Shown here one piece after another: positions 1-13,298 of a stretch of 64,000 bases of DNA. This DNA comes from Eledone cirrhosa (Eukaryota). The notes under the pieces are model-generated. The model saw only the letters and a list, made by a program, of their open reading frames with translations, was not told where the DNA came from and did not search any database. Both the position numbers and the translations under genes were made by a program. Position 1 is the first letter of the stretch, and every line of letters begins with the position of its first letter. The DNA lies in the NCBI GenBank assembly GCA_964016885.1, contig OZ024743.1, forward strand, positions 189,100,001-189,164,000, given 5' to 3'.

Positions 1-1578
1 TATTGATTAATTTAAAGAATGAAAGAGATAGTTTTGTACTAATCGAGGCATTAAAAATAGGATTATACCAGATATACTTTCTACAACGTGATTTATTTGG
101 TGGTGAACTTCTATTATTAGTATGTCTGGTAGTATAGTGTGTGTGTGCTTGTGTTTTAGTCCCCCGGTTACGTATACCTTGATTACGTGTAGAGCTATGT
201 GTGTTGTGGAAATTACTATCGATGTATTCTATTGTATCCCGGTGGTCAGCATTCCTTAATGCATTATTGTAGTATTCAGCATGTTCGCTAAAAATATCAG
301 AGTTAGACGATAGGCGAGAGATTCTAAGAGAAATACTCCGGGGAACTGATTTGATCATGGAGAGTGGGTGGTTAGAGTTAAAGTCAATATACGTAAGGTT
401 CTCATTTACCTTGTGGAAGGGTCGTATCTGTCCGGTATTTAAATTAAGAGTTACGTCCAGAAAGTTTACTACCTTAAGATTGTATTCGTATGTTATTTTT
501 AGGCCCAGTTCACTAAAAGATTTTCTAATATTTTTCCGTAGCCTTTCAAGATTTTGGTTATTCAAGTTATTAACTAATAAGAGCCCGTCATCTCTATATA
601 TCCCCCCCTGTAGATTACTAAATCTACTATGTAATATGTGGGCTATGTAAATTCCCACGAGATCCGTGACCTCCGCCGAGTCGTTGGAACCCATGGTAAT
701 ATCGAAATTTGTGGGTCTGTCCTTACGTTCCCAGTAGCAGTTATCGAACTTAATAATGGTTTTTCTAGCCTCGAGAATAATATTAATTTCTTCCTCCGTT
801 AGGTCGGAATTGGCCTTAGCAAACGATAGGGCCTTACGTAAAGTGCTTGGTGAGATGGAAGAGTAGTATTCGTCTATGTCAAATTGTATAAACTTAGATT
901 TATTCTTATTCTTAACATTATTAAACCAGCGAATTGCTTCGCTAGTGTTGCCCCATAATTTAATTTCAATTTTCTTTTTCACTTGAGTTATTACTCTGTC
1001 AAGTATATGTTTACTAATTTTCCCTATGTCTGATTTAGAAGGGCATATAAGTCTAATCTTAGGGTTAGAGTCAAAATTTACCTTATGGTCCTTCAGGTTG
1101 AAGGTGGGGGTAGCGGGTATAATCGGCTCGGTTCTATCGTCTATCTTGAGATTCTTTACCACTTTGTATGCCTCGTTGTTAATATTTGCTAGCGTAGTTT
1201 CATTTGTTTTTCTATATTTTTTGTGTAGTTCGTTGCGTATGAAGTTATTATACGTATCGATATCCATGGTATACACGTTAGAAGTCTTGTCAGCTTTCAC
1301 AACAATTCCATTGGTATTTTGCAATCTTCGGAGTAGTGCTTTCATGTTGTTCTGCAGCTCATTATTTCTATGTCTGTTGAACTTAATGTTCATGGTAGTT
1401 TTCAATAAGTCCTGTTCGAAAGCTTCGAGGTGAGGGTTTGTAGGTGGGTTTTTACATGATTTAAAACCATATGATTCAGACGAGTGATTGGCGCGTCCTT
1501 TATCGAAGTGGAAAGCTTTCCATCGTACACGCCGAATGAAGTCGTTACTGCGTTGAATCATACTGAGAATATATTCCC
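1..1578 (-). CDS. PLE reverse transcriptase, clade 2 (Hydra-like); frame appears open to the left window edge, 5' end truncated at a TA tract
   Basis: Minus-strand translation: REYILSMIQRSNDFIRRVRWKAFHF ... VVKADKTSNVY ... MGSNDSAEVTDLVGIYI ... GIYRDDGL ... NFLDVTLNL ... YIWYNP. The ATG at 1561 is in the same frame as the codons at the window edge. Confidence 0.85.
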
Positions 1579-1629
<51 letters not shown>

Positions 1630-1642
1630 TATATAATTATAA

Positions 1643-1673
<31 letters not shown>

Positions 1674-1680
1674 AATATAT

Positions 1681-2525
1681 TTCGTTTCTGAATTTGTTTA
1701 GCAAAATTCTTTATCTGAAAACGTGTGTTGAAACCGATATTGTTATACTTTGGGAGGGTCATGTTGCCAATAAGAACCACACGCACCAGTTGCTTTCACT
1801 TCAATTTGTTATAATAAATTTATAAATTTAGGAATTTATAAATTTCCGGTTGGTTGGTTGGTTCCACAACCAGATGATTGTTTATATATTGTGAAAGTTC
1901 TTTCGTCACGCATTCTGTGACCTCTTCAGTGACTGGGGATTCTTTTCTTTGTTTTTCTGCCTCTCCTTTGTTCTGTCCTACGCCATCTTGTTTTTGTGTG
2001 TGTTGTGTGCTTAGTTTGCGCATGTGTTACATCAAGGTGTCTGTGTGTGTTTATATTTGTTTATTTATTTGTTTATTTACATCATACTGGTTGGTTGCTT
2101 GTTCTATGTGCGTGTGTGTTTTCATTTTGTCCTTAATTGTAAGTTGTGATGTTGCTGTTCCATTCATGTTTTCTATTTAATTTTGGTTGGAGTTCATTTA
2201 TGTTTATTGCTTCTGTGATTTGTCTAAACATTGCGTCTTTTCTGTGTGTAGATTCTATTTTTATTTCAATGTTCTCTAATTTACCCTTATGTTCTATTTT
2301 AGCATGTTGGTAGAGTACACATGATTCTTTACTATCTTGAAGGTCTCGCCAGTGTTCATTTATCCGTTCCACTATACTACGAGCTGTCTCACCTATGTAC
2401 ACTATATTCTTATTTCTACATTGTCCTTCAGTACATCTTATGCTATATATTACATTTCTAGTTTTACAGTTAATATGGGGGCTTCATTTACAGATGATAC
2501 TTTTCTTATCTATACAGGGAGGTCT
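1681..2525 (-). mobile_element. PLE family A 3' fragment (GIY-YIG end + 3' UTR + tail)
   Basis: ORF 2133-2402 YIGETARS...RQITEA matches the C-terminus of 37634-40774. HHR-like core at 1890-1934. Abuts a TA tract at 1681. Confidence 0.9.
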
Positions 2526-2531
2526 GTCAAA

Positions 2532-3412
2532 GAAATGAAATTTCGTTTCATTTTTTCCATTTATCGTTTTCCGTACCCCGGCCGATTAACTCACTCGATA
2601 TGCACATTAGGCTGCTCAGCCGTTAATATGCATAAGGAAAGTATATACTTTCAGACGTTCAATCATCTGGCAGGAAGGTATACGTTGCTGACGATAGCTA
2701 ATAAGCTTGAAACTAGTACAGCCTTCCTTTGTCAGTGTTGAACATATGAGCAACGATGGTTGCTAGACACTGTACGGCTTAATTCGGGATGTTTGTTTAC
2801 AAACACAGCGAGCATTATTATAAATGTTCGGTGAATCCATACGTACATATATATATGTGTGCATGTATGTATATATATATACATACTACTGTACGTCTGT
2901 ATACATATATGTATGTACGTATACAAACTTATATTTAAGTAACAGCCGTACTAAGAGTGAGAAATGAAATTTCGTTTCATTTTTTCCATTTATCGTTTTC
3001 AGTACCCAGACCGATTAACTCACTCGATATGCAAACTAGGCTGCTCAGCCGTTAATATGCATAAGGAAAGTATATACTTTCAGACGTTCAATCATCTGGC
3101 AGGAAGGTATACGTTGCTGACGGTAGCTAATAAGCTTGAAACAAATACAGCCTTCCTTTGTCAGTGTTGAACATATGAGCAACGATGGTTGCTAGACACT
3201 GTACGGCTTAATTCGGGATGTTTGTTTACAAACACACCGAGCATTACAATAAATGTTCGGTGAATCAATACGTACATATATATATATGTGCGCATGTATG
3301 TATGTATATATATATACATACTGCTGTACGTCTGTATACATATATGTATGTACGTATACAAACTTATATTTAAGTAACAGTGTACTAAGAGTGAGAAATG
3401 AAATATCGTTTC
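2532..3412 (+). repeat. Tandem ~430-bp repeat (2 units + start of a third), retrozyme-like
   Basis: gaaatgaaat(t/a)tcgtttcat recurs at 2532, 2961 and 3395. Each full unit carries an HHR motif. Confidence 0.85.
2667..2736 (+). ncRNA. Type I hammerhead ribozyme with extended, bulged stem I
   Basis: GTTG-CTGACGA-T-AGCT(AATA)AGCT-T-GAAA-CTAG-TA-CAGC. Stem III palindrome ACTAGT, GUA cleavage triplet. Outer helix CTGGCA-GGAAG / CTTCC-TT-TGTCAG. The second copy (~3096-3165) has A9G and stem III changes. Confidence 0.85.
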
Positions 3413-3558
3413 ATATATATATAAATATATATATCAATGAATATATATATAAATATATAAATATATATATATATAATTATATATAAATATATAAATAAAT
3501 ATATATATAAATATATAAATATATATATATATAAATATATAAATATATATATATATAA

Positions 3559-3611
<53 letters not shown>

Positions 3612-3882
3612 AATATATATATATAAATATATAAATATATATATATATATATATAAATATATATATATATAAATATATAAATATATATATATATGTATAT
3701 AAATATATATATATATATATATATAAAAATATATAAATATATATATATAAATATATATATATAAATATATAAATATATATATATATATATAAATATATAT
3801 ATATAAATATATATAAATATATAAATATATAAATATATATATATATAAATATATATAAATATATATAAATATATATATATAA

Positions 3883-3913
<31 letters not shown>

Positions 3914-3968
3914 AATATATATATATAAATATATAAATATATATATATATATATAAATATATAAATAT

Positions 3969-4017
<49 letters not shown>

Positions 4018-4064
4018 AATATATAAATATATATATATATATATATATCTAAATATATAAATAT

Positions 4065-4135
<71 letters not shown>

Positions 4136-4196
4136 AATATATATAAATATATAAATATATATATAAATATATAAATATATATAAATATATATATAT
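3413..4196. repeat. (TA)n/(TAAA) microsatellite, representative of many tracts (e.g. 12392-12733, 14943-15225, 27778-28016, 42325-43485, 52970-53345, 57250-57843, 58500-59655)
   Basis: Direct inspection; these tracts produce the spurious YIYIYI ORFs. Confidence 0.98.
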
Positions 4197-6245
4197 GTTA
4201 TAAGAATCAAAGTTCTGTTCAAATAATGTATATGCTTACAATTGTTTCCTCCAAACCGAGGTTTGAATTCTTGGGAGCAATTTATTAATGAATGATCACA
4301 TATATGACCTCCTTTTCAACCCAAGAGACATACAGATACATATGCAAATATTGTCGCTTGGTGGGTCGACATCCATTATAACATTTAGCGTGGCAGTATA
4401 CATTTAAAGTTTACATTCATATCAAAAGAGGATAAAATTAAAAATTAAAGTTAAACTACAACATGAAATTAATGCGATAGGATAGTCAGAGGCAGTTAGG
4501 GTGTGTAATAGTTACACGTGTGGCAAGCACGTGTGTCTTATTTATATAATACTATAGTGCGGCAGGGTGTTACATGTAATACAAGCACTTTAAGCAGGTA
4601 ATCAAGAGTATTAAGGGGGTTGAACTGGTAATGTATCTCTTATATGAATATTATAGAAGCTTGTGTGTAGAGAAATATTATAAATATTAAAAATATTAGA
4701 AATGTGTAGCAAAGCGATGATATGGTTTTCGTGTACAGCACCATTATCACAGTCCGGAGAGCGTAATATCTAAATTATAGGCCCCTCACATAATCCTCGA
4801 CGGTTCAATATTGGACGTTTGATGATTCTGTTAGAGTATCATAGTTTGTTGGTCTTTAGTCCAATATAGCAGGTTGTCTAAGTTGCGAGAATCAACATCG
4901 TATTATTTTCTGAAGTGTGTGTGTAACTAAGGGGAGTTTATGCGTGAGGGGAGGTAACTCACTGATTTCTATAACTAAATATACATTAAATGGTGTCTCA
5001 AAATAGTCCCTATCTTATATGGTTATAGACTGTTTCTAAAAATTTAAAGTGTCTTATCTATAATGTAGTCTATCAAGAAGTATTAAAGGTGTTCATATTA
5101 GGGGGAATATCCTCCATTATAGAGTGCCACAATTGAATATTTCACACGAAGAGCCAGATCTCCAAATCAATGATCATTGTAATTGTAGTCTACTCGTAGA
5201 ACCTGGCAGGGTTATTATAGAATCACTTCTATATATAATAATTCCTGGTAAGCTCTGGGTAAGCATGTCAGATTGGATGTCAAAGTTAACTATCACTAGG
5301 GTAGACCAGAGGTCAATCCTCACTTACCATGTCACTAATCGGACCATCAATTCATACATATATGTACAACTCATACGCCACTTGCATTTCATTCACTGCA
5401 CTCAGCATATAGGTTATATAGCTCATCAATGTTACTAAATTAATTAGTCTTCCACTTATCCAACGATGGCACTCCATCCACAGAACGCTAACAGTACAAT
5501 CAATTCATGGCTTAAATTTTACATTAATTATATAGTGGTGTAATGTAGTTCAAGCAATTGAAGGCACTCACACCGAAAGTAGATGTACAAAGGGGTGTTC
5601 CTACTGTAAAGGGTTCTAGAGGGATGCCACTATTTGTGTTATATTGCATCAATGAGTGTGGGGATGTGGTATAAGGTGTGCCCTTAGGGTTTGATGCTAG
5701 AGGTGGTGCCTGGTTCAAGTCTGACATTGCTATATATTGGGTTTAAAGTTTTGGAAGGAATGTCGGAAGCGGTGCTGGCAAGACGCTAACACTCAGATTT
5801 TTTGTTAAGTAGGTTATGGTTAGAGAAGATAATAGTATGGGTCTCTAGTAGACAGAGGTTACAAAATTTATTAGGTGGTTTGTACGAAGTCGCGCTACCT
5901 ATCACTTCCCATTTAAGTGGGTAAGATTTATTTTTAGTTTTTAGATAGTGTATGTAGCTAGATAGTGAGGTGGAGTTGGCTAGACTGTGTTTTTTGAACG
6001 AGTGGATGCGCGAATTATATCTGGTTTTGAAGCAGTTAGAATTGGAGCCTACATAGATTTCTGAAGAGTTGCTAGTTGTGACGGTGCATGAGTATATGAT
6101 ATCCTTGATTAAGCATTTTTTATCTAAAGGGCAGGTTCTATTTGCTCTACAGTTACAATTATTCTGGGTCTTAGTCTGTTGGTTTAAATGTTGTGTAGAA
6201 GTCCTAGAGGGATATCACTATTTGTGTTATATTGGATCAAAAAGT
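4197..6245 (-). mobile_element. Clade-2 (Hydra-like) PLE 3' part: GIY-YIG domain plus long 3' UTR with a degenerate HHR
   Basis: Minus ~6165-5820: NCNCRANRTCPLDKKCLIKDIIYSC...IYVGSNSNCFKTRY...TSLSSYIHYLK...LKWEVI...FCNLCLLE. Degenerate HHR at 4233-4279 (TGCT-CCCAAGA-stem-GAAA-CAATTG-TA-AGCA). Confidence 0.8.
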
Positions 6246-6550
6246 AAGGTTTCCTCCCAAGTTGTTGGGCCTCTGGTCTGCTCTGTCTCTTAGTATACCG
6301 GTCTACTATTTGTCTAATCTTATTTCTAGCTATGGTGAACTGTGCCTCTGTCTCGTCATCTATTTGTTGTGGTATGCAAACTCTTTTATTAAAGGGTAAC
6401 CTCGTAGGATAGATATTACCCATCTTATATGTTTTGTCAGCTGGGTTGAAAAAAAGTTTCTCTAAGGGGTTGTCATTATATCTATCGTCATAGTTGTGTG
6501 TGTTGCTATTATTGTTATTATAGTTGTGTGTGTTGCTATTATTGTTATCA
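6246..6550 (-). mobile_element. Inverted internal fragment of PLE family B
   Basis: Reverse complement of ~7330-7580 continuing into the sequence at 9736+ without the LTR insertion (RPEAQQLGRKP). Confidence 0.9.
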
Positions 6551-7580
6551 TCGTGAAACGAAATACGCCCGAAACGAATGCAATAGGCATTTCAATAAGA
6601 AATTAGAATAGATGAATGAGAAAAAACTACAAGAAAGGAAAATAGAATATTCTCAAAAATACCCAGGTAACATCAACAATATCCGTATGACTGATGTAAA
6701 ACTACCGGAAGAATTTACCTATGACCACACAGTAAATATTTATGGGAACACTTTAATCCGTGAACAAGAACAACAAATCCTGCAGCTACCACCAAAATTT
6801 GCCATCTACAAAACGATTAACCCTATTGAGTGCAAAACGGAGCTGGAAAAGTGCTTCACAAAAATACGTTGGAATGCAAAAGTAAACAACAACAACAATA
6901 ATAACGGTAGTAGTAATATAAACAATAACTCTGAGTATAGAAATAACAGCCATAACAATAACAATAGCAGGAGAGTGAGAAATAGTAATAATGGTAATAA
7001 TACTAACGATAGACAGAACAACAACAACAACCACAATAATAATAATAATAATAGAAACATTAACCACAGACACAGCAGCAGAGACCACAGTAGTAATAAC
7101 GGTAACAATACGAACAACAACAACAATAACCACAGTGGTAATAATGGAAATAATACATGTAGCAACATTAATGATAGACACAACAAAAACAAGAAACATA
7201 ACAAAAGTAACAACCACAATGGTAGAAATAACAGTAACAACAACAATAACGGTGAAGTAAACAACAATACATCTAGCAATCATAACAATAATAATAATGC
7301 TAATGATAGGAACAACAACAACCACCAATATAACAATAATAGCAACACACACAACTATGACGATAGATATAATGACAATCCCTTGGAGAAACTATTTTTC
7401 AACCCAGCTGACAAAACATATAAGATGGGTAATATCTATTTTACGAGGTTACCCTTTAATAAAAGAGTTTGCTTACCACAACAAATAGATGACGAGACAG
7501 AGGCACAGTTCACCATAGCTAGAAATAAGATTAGACAAATAGTAGACCGGTATACTAAGAGACAGAGCAGACCAGAGGCC

Positions 7581-9731
7581 TGTAGCAGGAGTTGCCTCCC
7601 TTGTTGTGACACTCACATCCCCAATAGATTAACGCTCTCTAGACAGGATGTAGAACCTTTCTGTAACTTCCGGTCAGAACCCTACAAAGCTAACAACTTT
7701 AAGTTCTCTCTCTCTCATTCAACTTTCCGGCGCCTGGCCTCTCATTCGCCCATTTCGGTCAGGCGCCTCCTGGCTTTCGCCAGGAGTCATGTGTCAGGCG
7801 TGTGTAACCCTGGCAACCAAGCGGTAACTAATAACTTTGTTTCATTCTCTCATCTATTCATTGACATGTCAACTATACTGTTCTATATATCCACAAATTG
7901 TTAATTAAATATTATACACACAAACCACGTCTCCTTGTTACATTCATACACACCAGTAATTTGTTATAAGTGGTGACCCCGACGTGATACGAACACGCAG
8001 CCGTTCATTGTTATAAGTTGTGACCCCGAAAAAAGAAAAAATAGCAGAATCTGGTGTTGTGTGAGTAACATTACGAATACACAGCAACATTTTATTGACA
8101 AACTATGAAAATACGCAACCAAGAAACGAACACACCACGCACATGTGAAATTCGCGTTCAGACAGACTTTTTCTCTCACGCATCAACTAACTGTCGCATT
8201 TCACGATATATATATATATATGTTTCTCGTTTCTTACAACGAACACTTTAAAAACAAAAAAAAACAAAAAATTAGATTTTTTTTTAAAAAACATTACAAC
8301 AGGAACATTTATTTTCGATGAACCTCAACCATTGCCTTTTTTTCATCGTTTTCTTCATCGTTCAAGTTTTTTTTCAAAGTTCACACAAAAAATAAAAGAA
8401 AAACAAATTGAACTCGCCATATTTGTTATGCTAAGTGAAGCCTTTCTTTCTTTTTTATCATTATCACTTTCACACACACATTTTGTCCAAAATGGCTGCC
8501 AACGACCTGTTGCATTATCATTTTCGCGCCATTTTCTCGCGCATTAGAAATAACTTTTTATCAACTTAACCATGTTTTGGCACGTGTAGGATTCTCGATT
8601 CACGGAGATATTTCGACTCACAGAGATAGCCGTACGCCAGGGATAAGGTTTCTCGCCAAGGATTCTCCAGCCTTAAGCTATATTCTCCTATTTGCCGGTT
8701 TAAAAATTTACCACGTAAATTTGCCGTTGAAAACTGCGCATTTATTCAGAATGCTTATTTCTTTGGTCGCTGGCCTCTTGCCCCTTCCAGGTCAACGCAT
8801 TCTCAACATCGACCATCAACTTCGGCTGTTATTTCTAGCACTTTGCGCAACTCATTTTTTCTGAAAAAAATTTTTTTACTGTGAATTTAAACATCGGATA
8901 CGCTCACTCTGCGAGACAACAACATCAACAGCAACACAGCTTCATCAACAACCAAAACCAGCAGAACAAGCCAGAGAATTTATTTTTGCAGCACTCTTCC
9001 TGTGAGAAAATCCATTCGGAGGTTGGAAATTTCACAATATACCACAGAACAGAAACCACCTGCATTCATTCTCTGGAACACACTTTCTTTCCTGCTGTCA
9101 TGTGATTGCACACCTGTGAACTATATTTTGTATATTTGAACTTTGAGCTCTTTTCTAACTTTATTACATTGTATCTTTGGGTGATGGATAGATAGATGTC
9201 CAGTCGTTCTCTGGCCAAGAGCGGTTGGCTACCTTGATGTCTATCATTGATTTTTGCAAACATTATTTTATTTATTTTTATTTTTTTCGTAATTTTCATG
9301 CCTGTTACAACATTCTCGCCAACTTGTTACATACATATTTCATTCGATTTTTATATTTTAAAAATCTGGCGGAAAGTAATGTAGCAGGAGTTGCCTCCCT
9401 TGTTGTGACACTCACATCCCCAATAGTTTAACGCTCTCTAGAAGGAAGTAGAACCCTTTCTGTAACTTCCGGTCAGAACCCTATAAAACTAACAACTTTA
9501 AGTTCTCTCTCTCTCATTCAACTTTCCGGCGCCTGGCCTCTCATTCGCCTTTTCGGTCAGGCGCGAGTAACCCTGGCAATCAAACGGTTACTAATAACTT
9601 TGCTTCATTCTTTCATCTATTCATTGACATGTCAACTATACTGTTCTATATATCCACAAATTGTTAATTAAATATTATACACACAAACCACGTCTCCTTG
9701 TTACATTTATACACACTAGTATTTCGCATTA
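7581..9731 (+). mobile_element. Non-autonomous LTR retroelement (Gypsy-like), LTRs 7581-7968 and 9380-9731
   Basis: Direct repeats starting TGTAGCAGGAG. The 5' LTR ends TGTTATA (decayed TGCTACA). GGCC target duplication at 7577-7580 and 9732-9735. Purine-rich GGCGGAAAGTAA precedes the 3' LTR. No convincing ORF in the 1.4-kb interior. Confidence 0.9.
7971..7988 (+). promoter_or_regulatory. Primer-binding site for tRNA-Trp
   Basis: TGGTGACCCCGACGTGAT, 2 nt after the 5' LTR; 18-nt complement of the eukaryotic tRNA-Trp 3' end. Confidence 0.92.
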
Positions 9732-12142
9732 GGCCCAACAACTTGGGAGGAAACCTGTAGAAGGCTCGGTTAGCCTCAAGAAGCGCACAAGGGATGGTGA
9801 GGTAGTATGTCTACCCACGGATAAGTCTGGTAGGATGTCAATAGATAGCATGCCGAACAACATCAAGGCTATGCAACCCCACATCACCAACACGAGCGAA
9901 ATTGCACAGCAAACACATGATGGGAGAGAGAAAATCTTCAACGCTCACATGATGATGTGGACTGACAACCTAAAGCCAAGCAGACGCACTGCCAACAACT
10001 TCCAGGCGTCTAACAATGGCATACCACCCATGTATGGGCTCCGCAAAGACCACAAGACAGTCGACGACCCGACAACAGGACCACCAACAATACCCGTATG
10101 CGGAGCTAATATAGCTAGCAACTACATTATCTCCTACTTCCTCTCAATGGTTATACGTCCCATAATCAAGATGTCCCCAGATGTATGTGACAGTACAGAG
10201 GACCTCCTCAGCAGAATCAGTGAGTGCAACAAAAACAGGAACCTATCCAACTGTATAATAGGCAGCATGGATGTGGTATCACTGTACCCATCCATTAACA
10301 TTGATTTTGCTTGGAAAAATATGTGGAGTTGATCATTTAGAGTGAGGTGGAGATCTGCAACGTCGACACAGACGAACTGGGCCTCCTACTTAGACTAACT
10401 ACGACACTGACTACCTAGACAGCCATGACCTTAGACGTTTCTGCCCTAGTAGACCCATAAGAGGTAGAACCCCCACCATAACCTCAATGGCAAAAAAGAC
10501 TCCCATGGAAAGGTGGATTGGATGGACCAAAGCTATACGGACCCCCCAAAACAATGATCAGGTAAGAAAAATGGTCGCACATGCACTAGGGGCTAGTATC
10601 AAAACTACCCTCAAGGGCCACATATTCAAGTTCAACGAGAAGATCTACACCCAAAATGAGGGAGCAGCCATTGGCGTCAGCATAGCTGGTGATGTTGCCA
10701 ACCTTTTCATGGTATGGTGGGAAAGGAGACTTAAAGATCTCCTTAATGAGAGCTCCATAGACCACATCATGTACTCTCGTTACGTAGACGATATCAATAT
10801 AGTTATAAGAACATCCCCACTAGAGAGCACTAACAAGTTTGATTTAGAACGTAGCACAATGGAAAGCATCCAGCAGATGACTAATTCCATACACCAGAGA
10901 ATAACTGTAACTATCGACTTCCCTTCCAAACACCCTAACAATAGACTACCTGTATTAGACACAGAACTCTGGATTAACACTATAGACGAGAGAGCCCAAA
11001 TTCTCCACTCACACTATGCTAAACCCATGGCCTCCAAATACCTGATACTTAAAAACTCAGCAATGTCCAGTAGTGCTAAGTTTAATATTCTGATCGCAGA
11101 TTTGGTACGAGTGATGAAGAATGTGTCCCGCATGTGCGACCCAAGAGAAATGGAAAGACACATCCAACACTTCATCAACCGCATGCAGTTCTCTGGCTAC
11201 AACCAAAGAGACAGGGTCAAAGTATACGAAGGAGCCATGGAGAAGTATAAGACCATCATAGAACTGGACATGCAAGGAATTTGCCCATTATACAGGAGCA
11301 AATCATGGAATAGCTTAGATAGGGCTAGACATAAGATAGGGAAAGCCACCTCATGGTGCGACAACCAGAGATACCAGAGTGTCATGTTTGTGGACGCTAC
11401 CCCTGAAGGGAAATTAGCTAACCAGTGTAGAAAGGCCCTGAGAAAGACCCACTTAAAAATTAAGGTGGTAGAAAAGCCAGGAACAACCAACCCTTTTAAG
11501 AAAACCCACTGTACCAATAGGAAATGTATCATATGTAAGGTAAACACCCGGATAAACTGTAAAACTAGAAACGTAGTCTATAGTATAAGATGTACAGAGG
11601 GTACTTGCAGAAACATGACAACAACATACATAGGTGAGACAGCTCGTAGCATAGGTGAAAGGATTGACCAACACTGGGGGGAACTAAAAGGACGAAAAAA
11701 CTGGTCAGTACTATACGAACATGCTAGACAACAACATGACGGTAACATAGACAACATAGAAATTAGAATAATATCTAAACATAGAAATGACCCAGCAGAT
11801 AGGCAAATCAGAGAGGCCAGTGAAATAGAAATTAGAAGGCCAAGACTAAACAGAAAGAATGAATGGTATAACAACAACATCCAAACAAACAACACTGACC
11901 TAAGAGAAGTATAAATAAGTAAATAAAATAAAATAAATAAATAAATAAATAAATACATACACAAGCACATAAACACACACTAATCACCCATCACACAGCA
12001 AACAAAACACTATACACACACGCAAACGCATGCGCAAAGAAGACAAAATAAAATAAACAAACAAGCAAATAAATAAATAAATATATAGACAGACTGAATA
12101 AAAATGGCGTAGACATACAATACAACAGGAGGAAACAATAAC

Positions 12143-12184
12143 ACCACTGACGATGTTGCAGATGTGCAACGAAAGATTTATGAT
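12143..12184 (+). ncRNA. Minimal type I HHR in the family B PLE 3' UTR
   Basis: CTGACGA-T-GTTGCA(GATG)TGCAAC-GAAA-GATT-TA; stem I imperfect (ACCA/TGAT). Minus-strand copies at ~29346-29387 and ~32889-32930 have A9C. Confidence 0.7.
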
Positions 12185-12403
12185 AAACTATATATATGTG
12201 TTTGTGTCTATATTGTATCTGTATTATTTTTGACCGTCGGTCAGTCAATGGCAACATTGAGGACCGAGTAAGTTAGATTACCGATATAAAAGACATAGAA
12301 GCGAGAAGCGAAAACCAACCAAACAGTGAGTGTGTTCTATTATTAATTCTGGCAATATTACACAAATATGACCCTCCCCAAGTATAACAATAAATATATA
12401 TAT

Positions 12404-12436
<33 letters not shown>

Positions 12437-12449
12437 AATATATAAATAT

Positions 12450-12504
<55 letters not shown>

Positions 12505-12523
12505 AATAAATATATATATAAAT

Positions 12524-12559
<36 letters not shown>

Positions 12560-12565
12560 GAATAT

Positions 12566-12624
<59 letters not shown>

Positions 12625-12695
12625 AATATATATGTATATATATAAATATATATATATATATTTAAATATATATATATATATATATATGAATATAT

Positions 12696-12733
<38 letters not shown>

Positions 12734-12734
<1 letters not shown>

Positions 12735-13248
12735 GTTAAAAGAATAGAGGTGTAACACACAAGTTATTATATATTGGTAAACGGAATAGAAAATGCTGAC
12801 AGATTGTTCACAGTTGAAAAATGGTTTAATTAGGAATAAAAGAGTATTAGTGATTGTATGGGTTAGTATTCAGTTGTGGTTTTAAGTTTTTAAGTTTTTA
12901 CCGGTTGCGCATTTCTAAATGCTTTTCAAAAATAATTTTGAGATAGAGTGTCCGTGCTGTTTGCTCTGATCTGATTAGTTTTGGGAATTCTACCTGTTTT
13001 TATGTTAAAAAAGTGGCTCCAGCGTTACTTTGGTGTTGCAAAATTTCTTGTGGTCAAAACAATTTTGATTGGTCGGTAGAGGTCATGTGAGTGTAAAAAA
13101 TTGATTTTGCGCCAAGACTGTTTTTATGTTAAAAAATTGGCTCCAGCAACAATTCTTGTGGTCAAAACAATTTTGATTGGTCGGTAGAGGTCATGTGAAT
13201 AAAAAATTGGTTTTGCGCCAAGCTTGAGAAATGACTCTTTCACAACAA

Positions 13249-13250
<2 letters not shown>
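12734..13250 (-). mobile_element. Non-coding repeat inserted in a TA tract (same family as 15226-15660)
   Basis: 12734-12972 nearly identical to 15226-15465. Internal motifs (aaaagtggctc, tttgattggt) are shared with 53529-55028. Confidence 0.75.

Positions 13251-13298
<48 letters not shown>

Larger units (their letters stand above)
6551..12391 (+). pseudogene. PLE family B (RT + GIY-YIG), disrupted by an LTR insertion and a frameshift
   Basis: ORF pieces 6612-7580, 9835-10332 (YGLRKDHK, SMDVVSLYPS) and 10487-11914 (YSRYVDD, LPVLD, VVY...YIGETAR) are collinear with 37634-40774. The 3' UTR ends ccccaagtataacaat at a TA tract. Confidence 0.92.

Noticed and set aside
6786-7352. Hydrophobic Leu/Val-rich 'membrane protein' ORFs
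   Set aside because: Antisense of the AAC/AAT-rich PLE insert.
7581-7904. C-terminus of the 430-aa ORF as a real protein domain
   Set aside because: Read-through into the inserted LTR.
12273-12758. YIYIYI / CVCVCV ORFs here and throughout the window
   Set aside because: Translations of (TA)n and (TG)n microsatellites.
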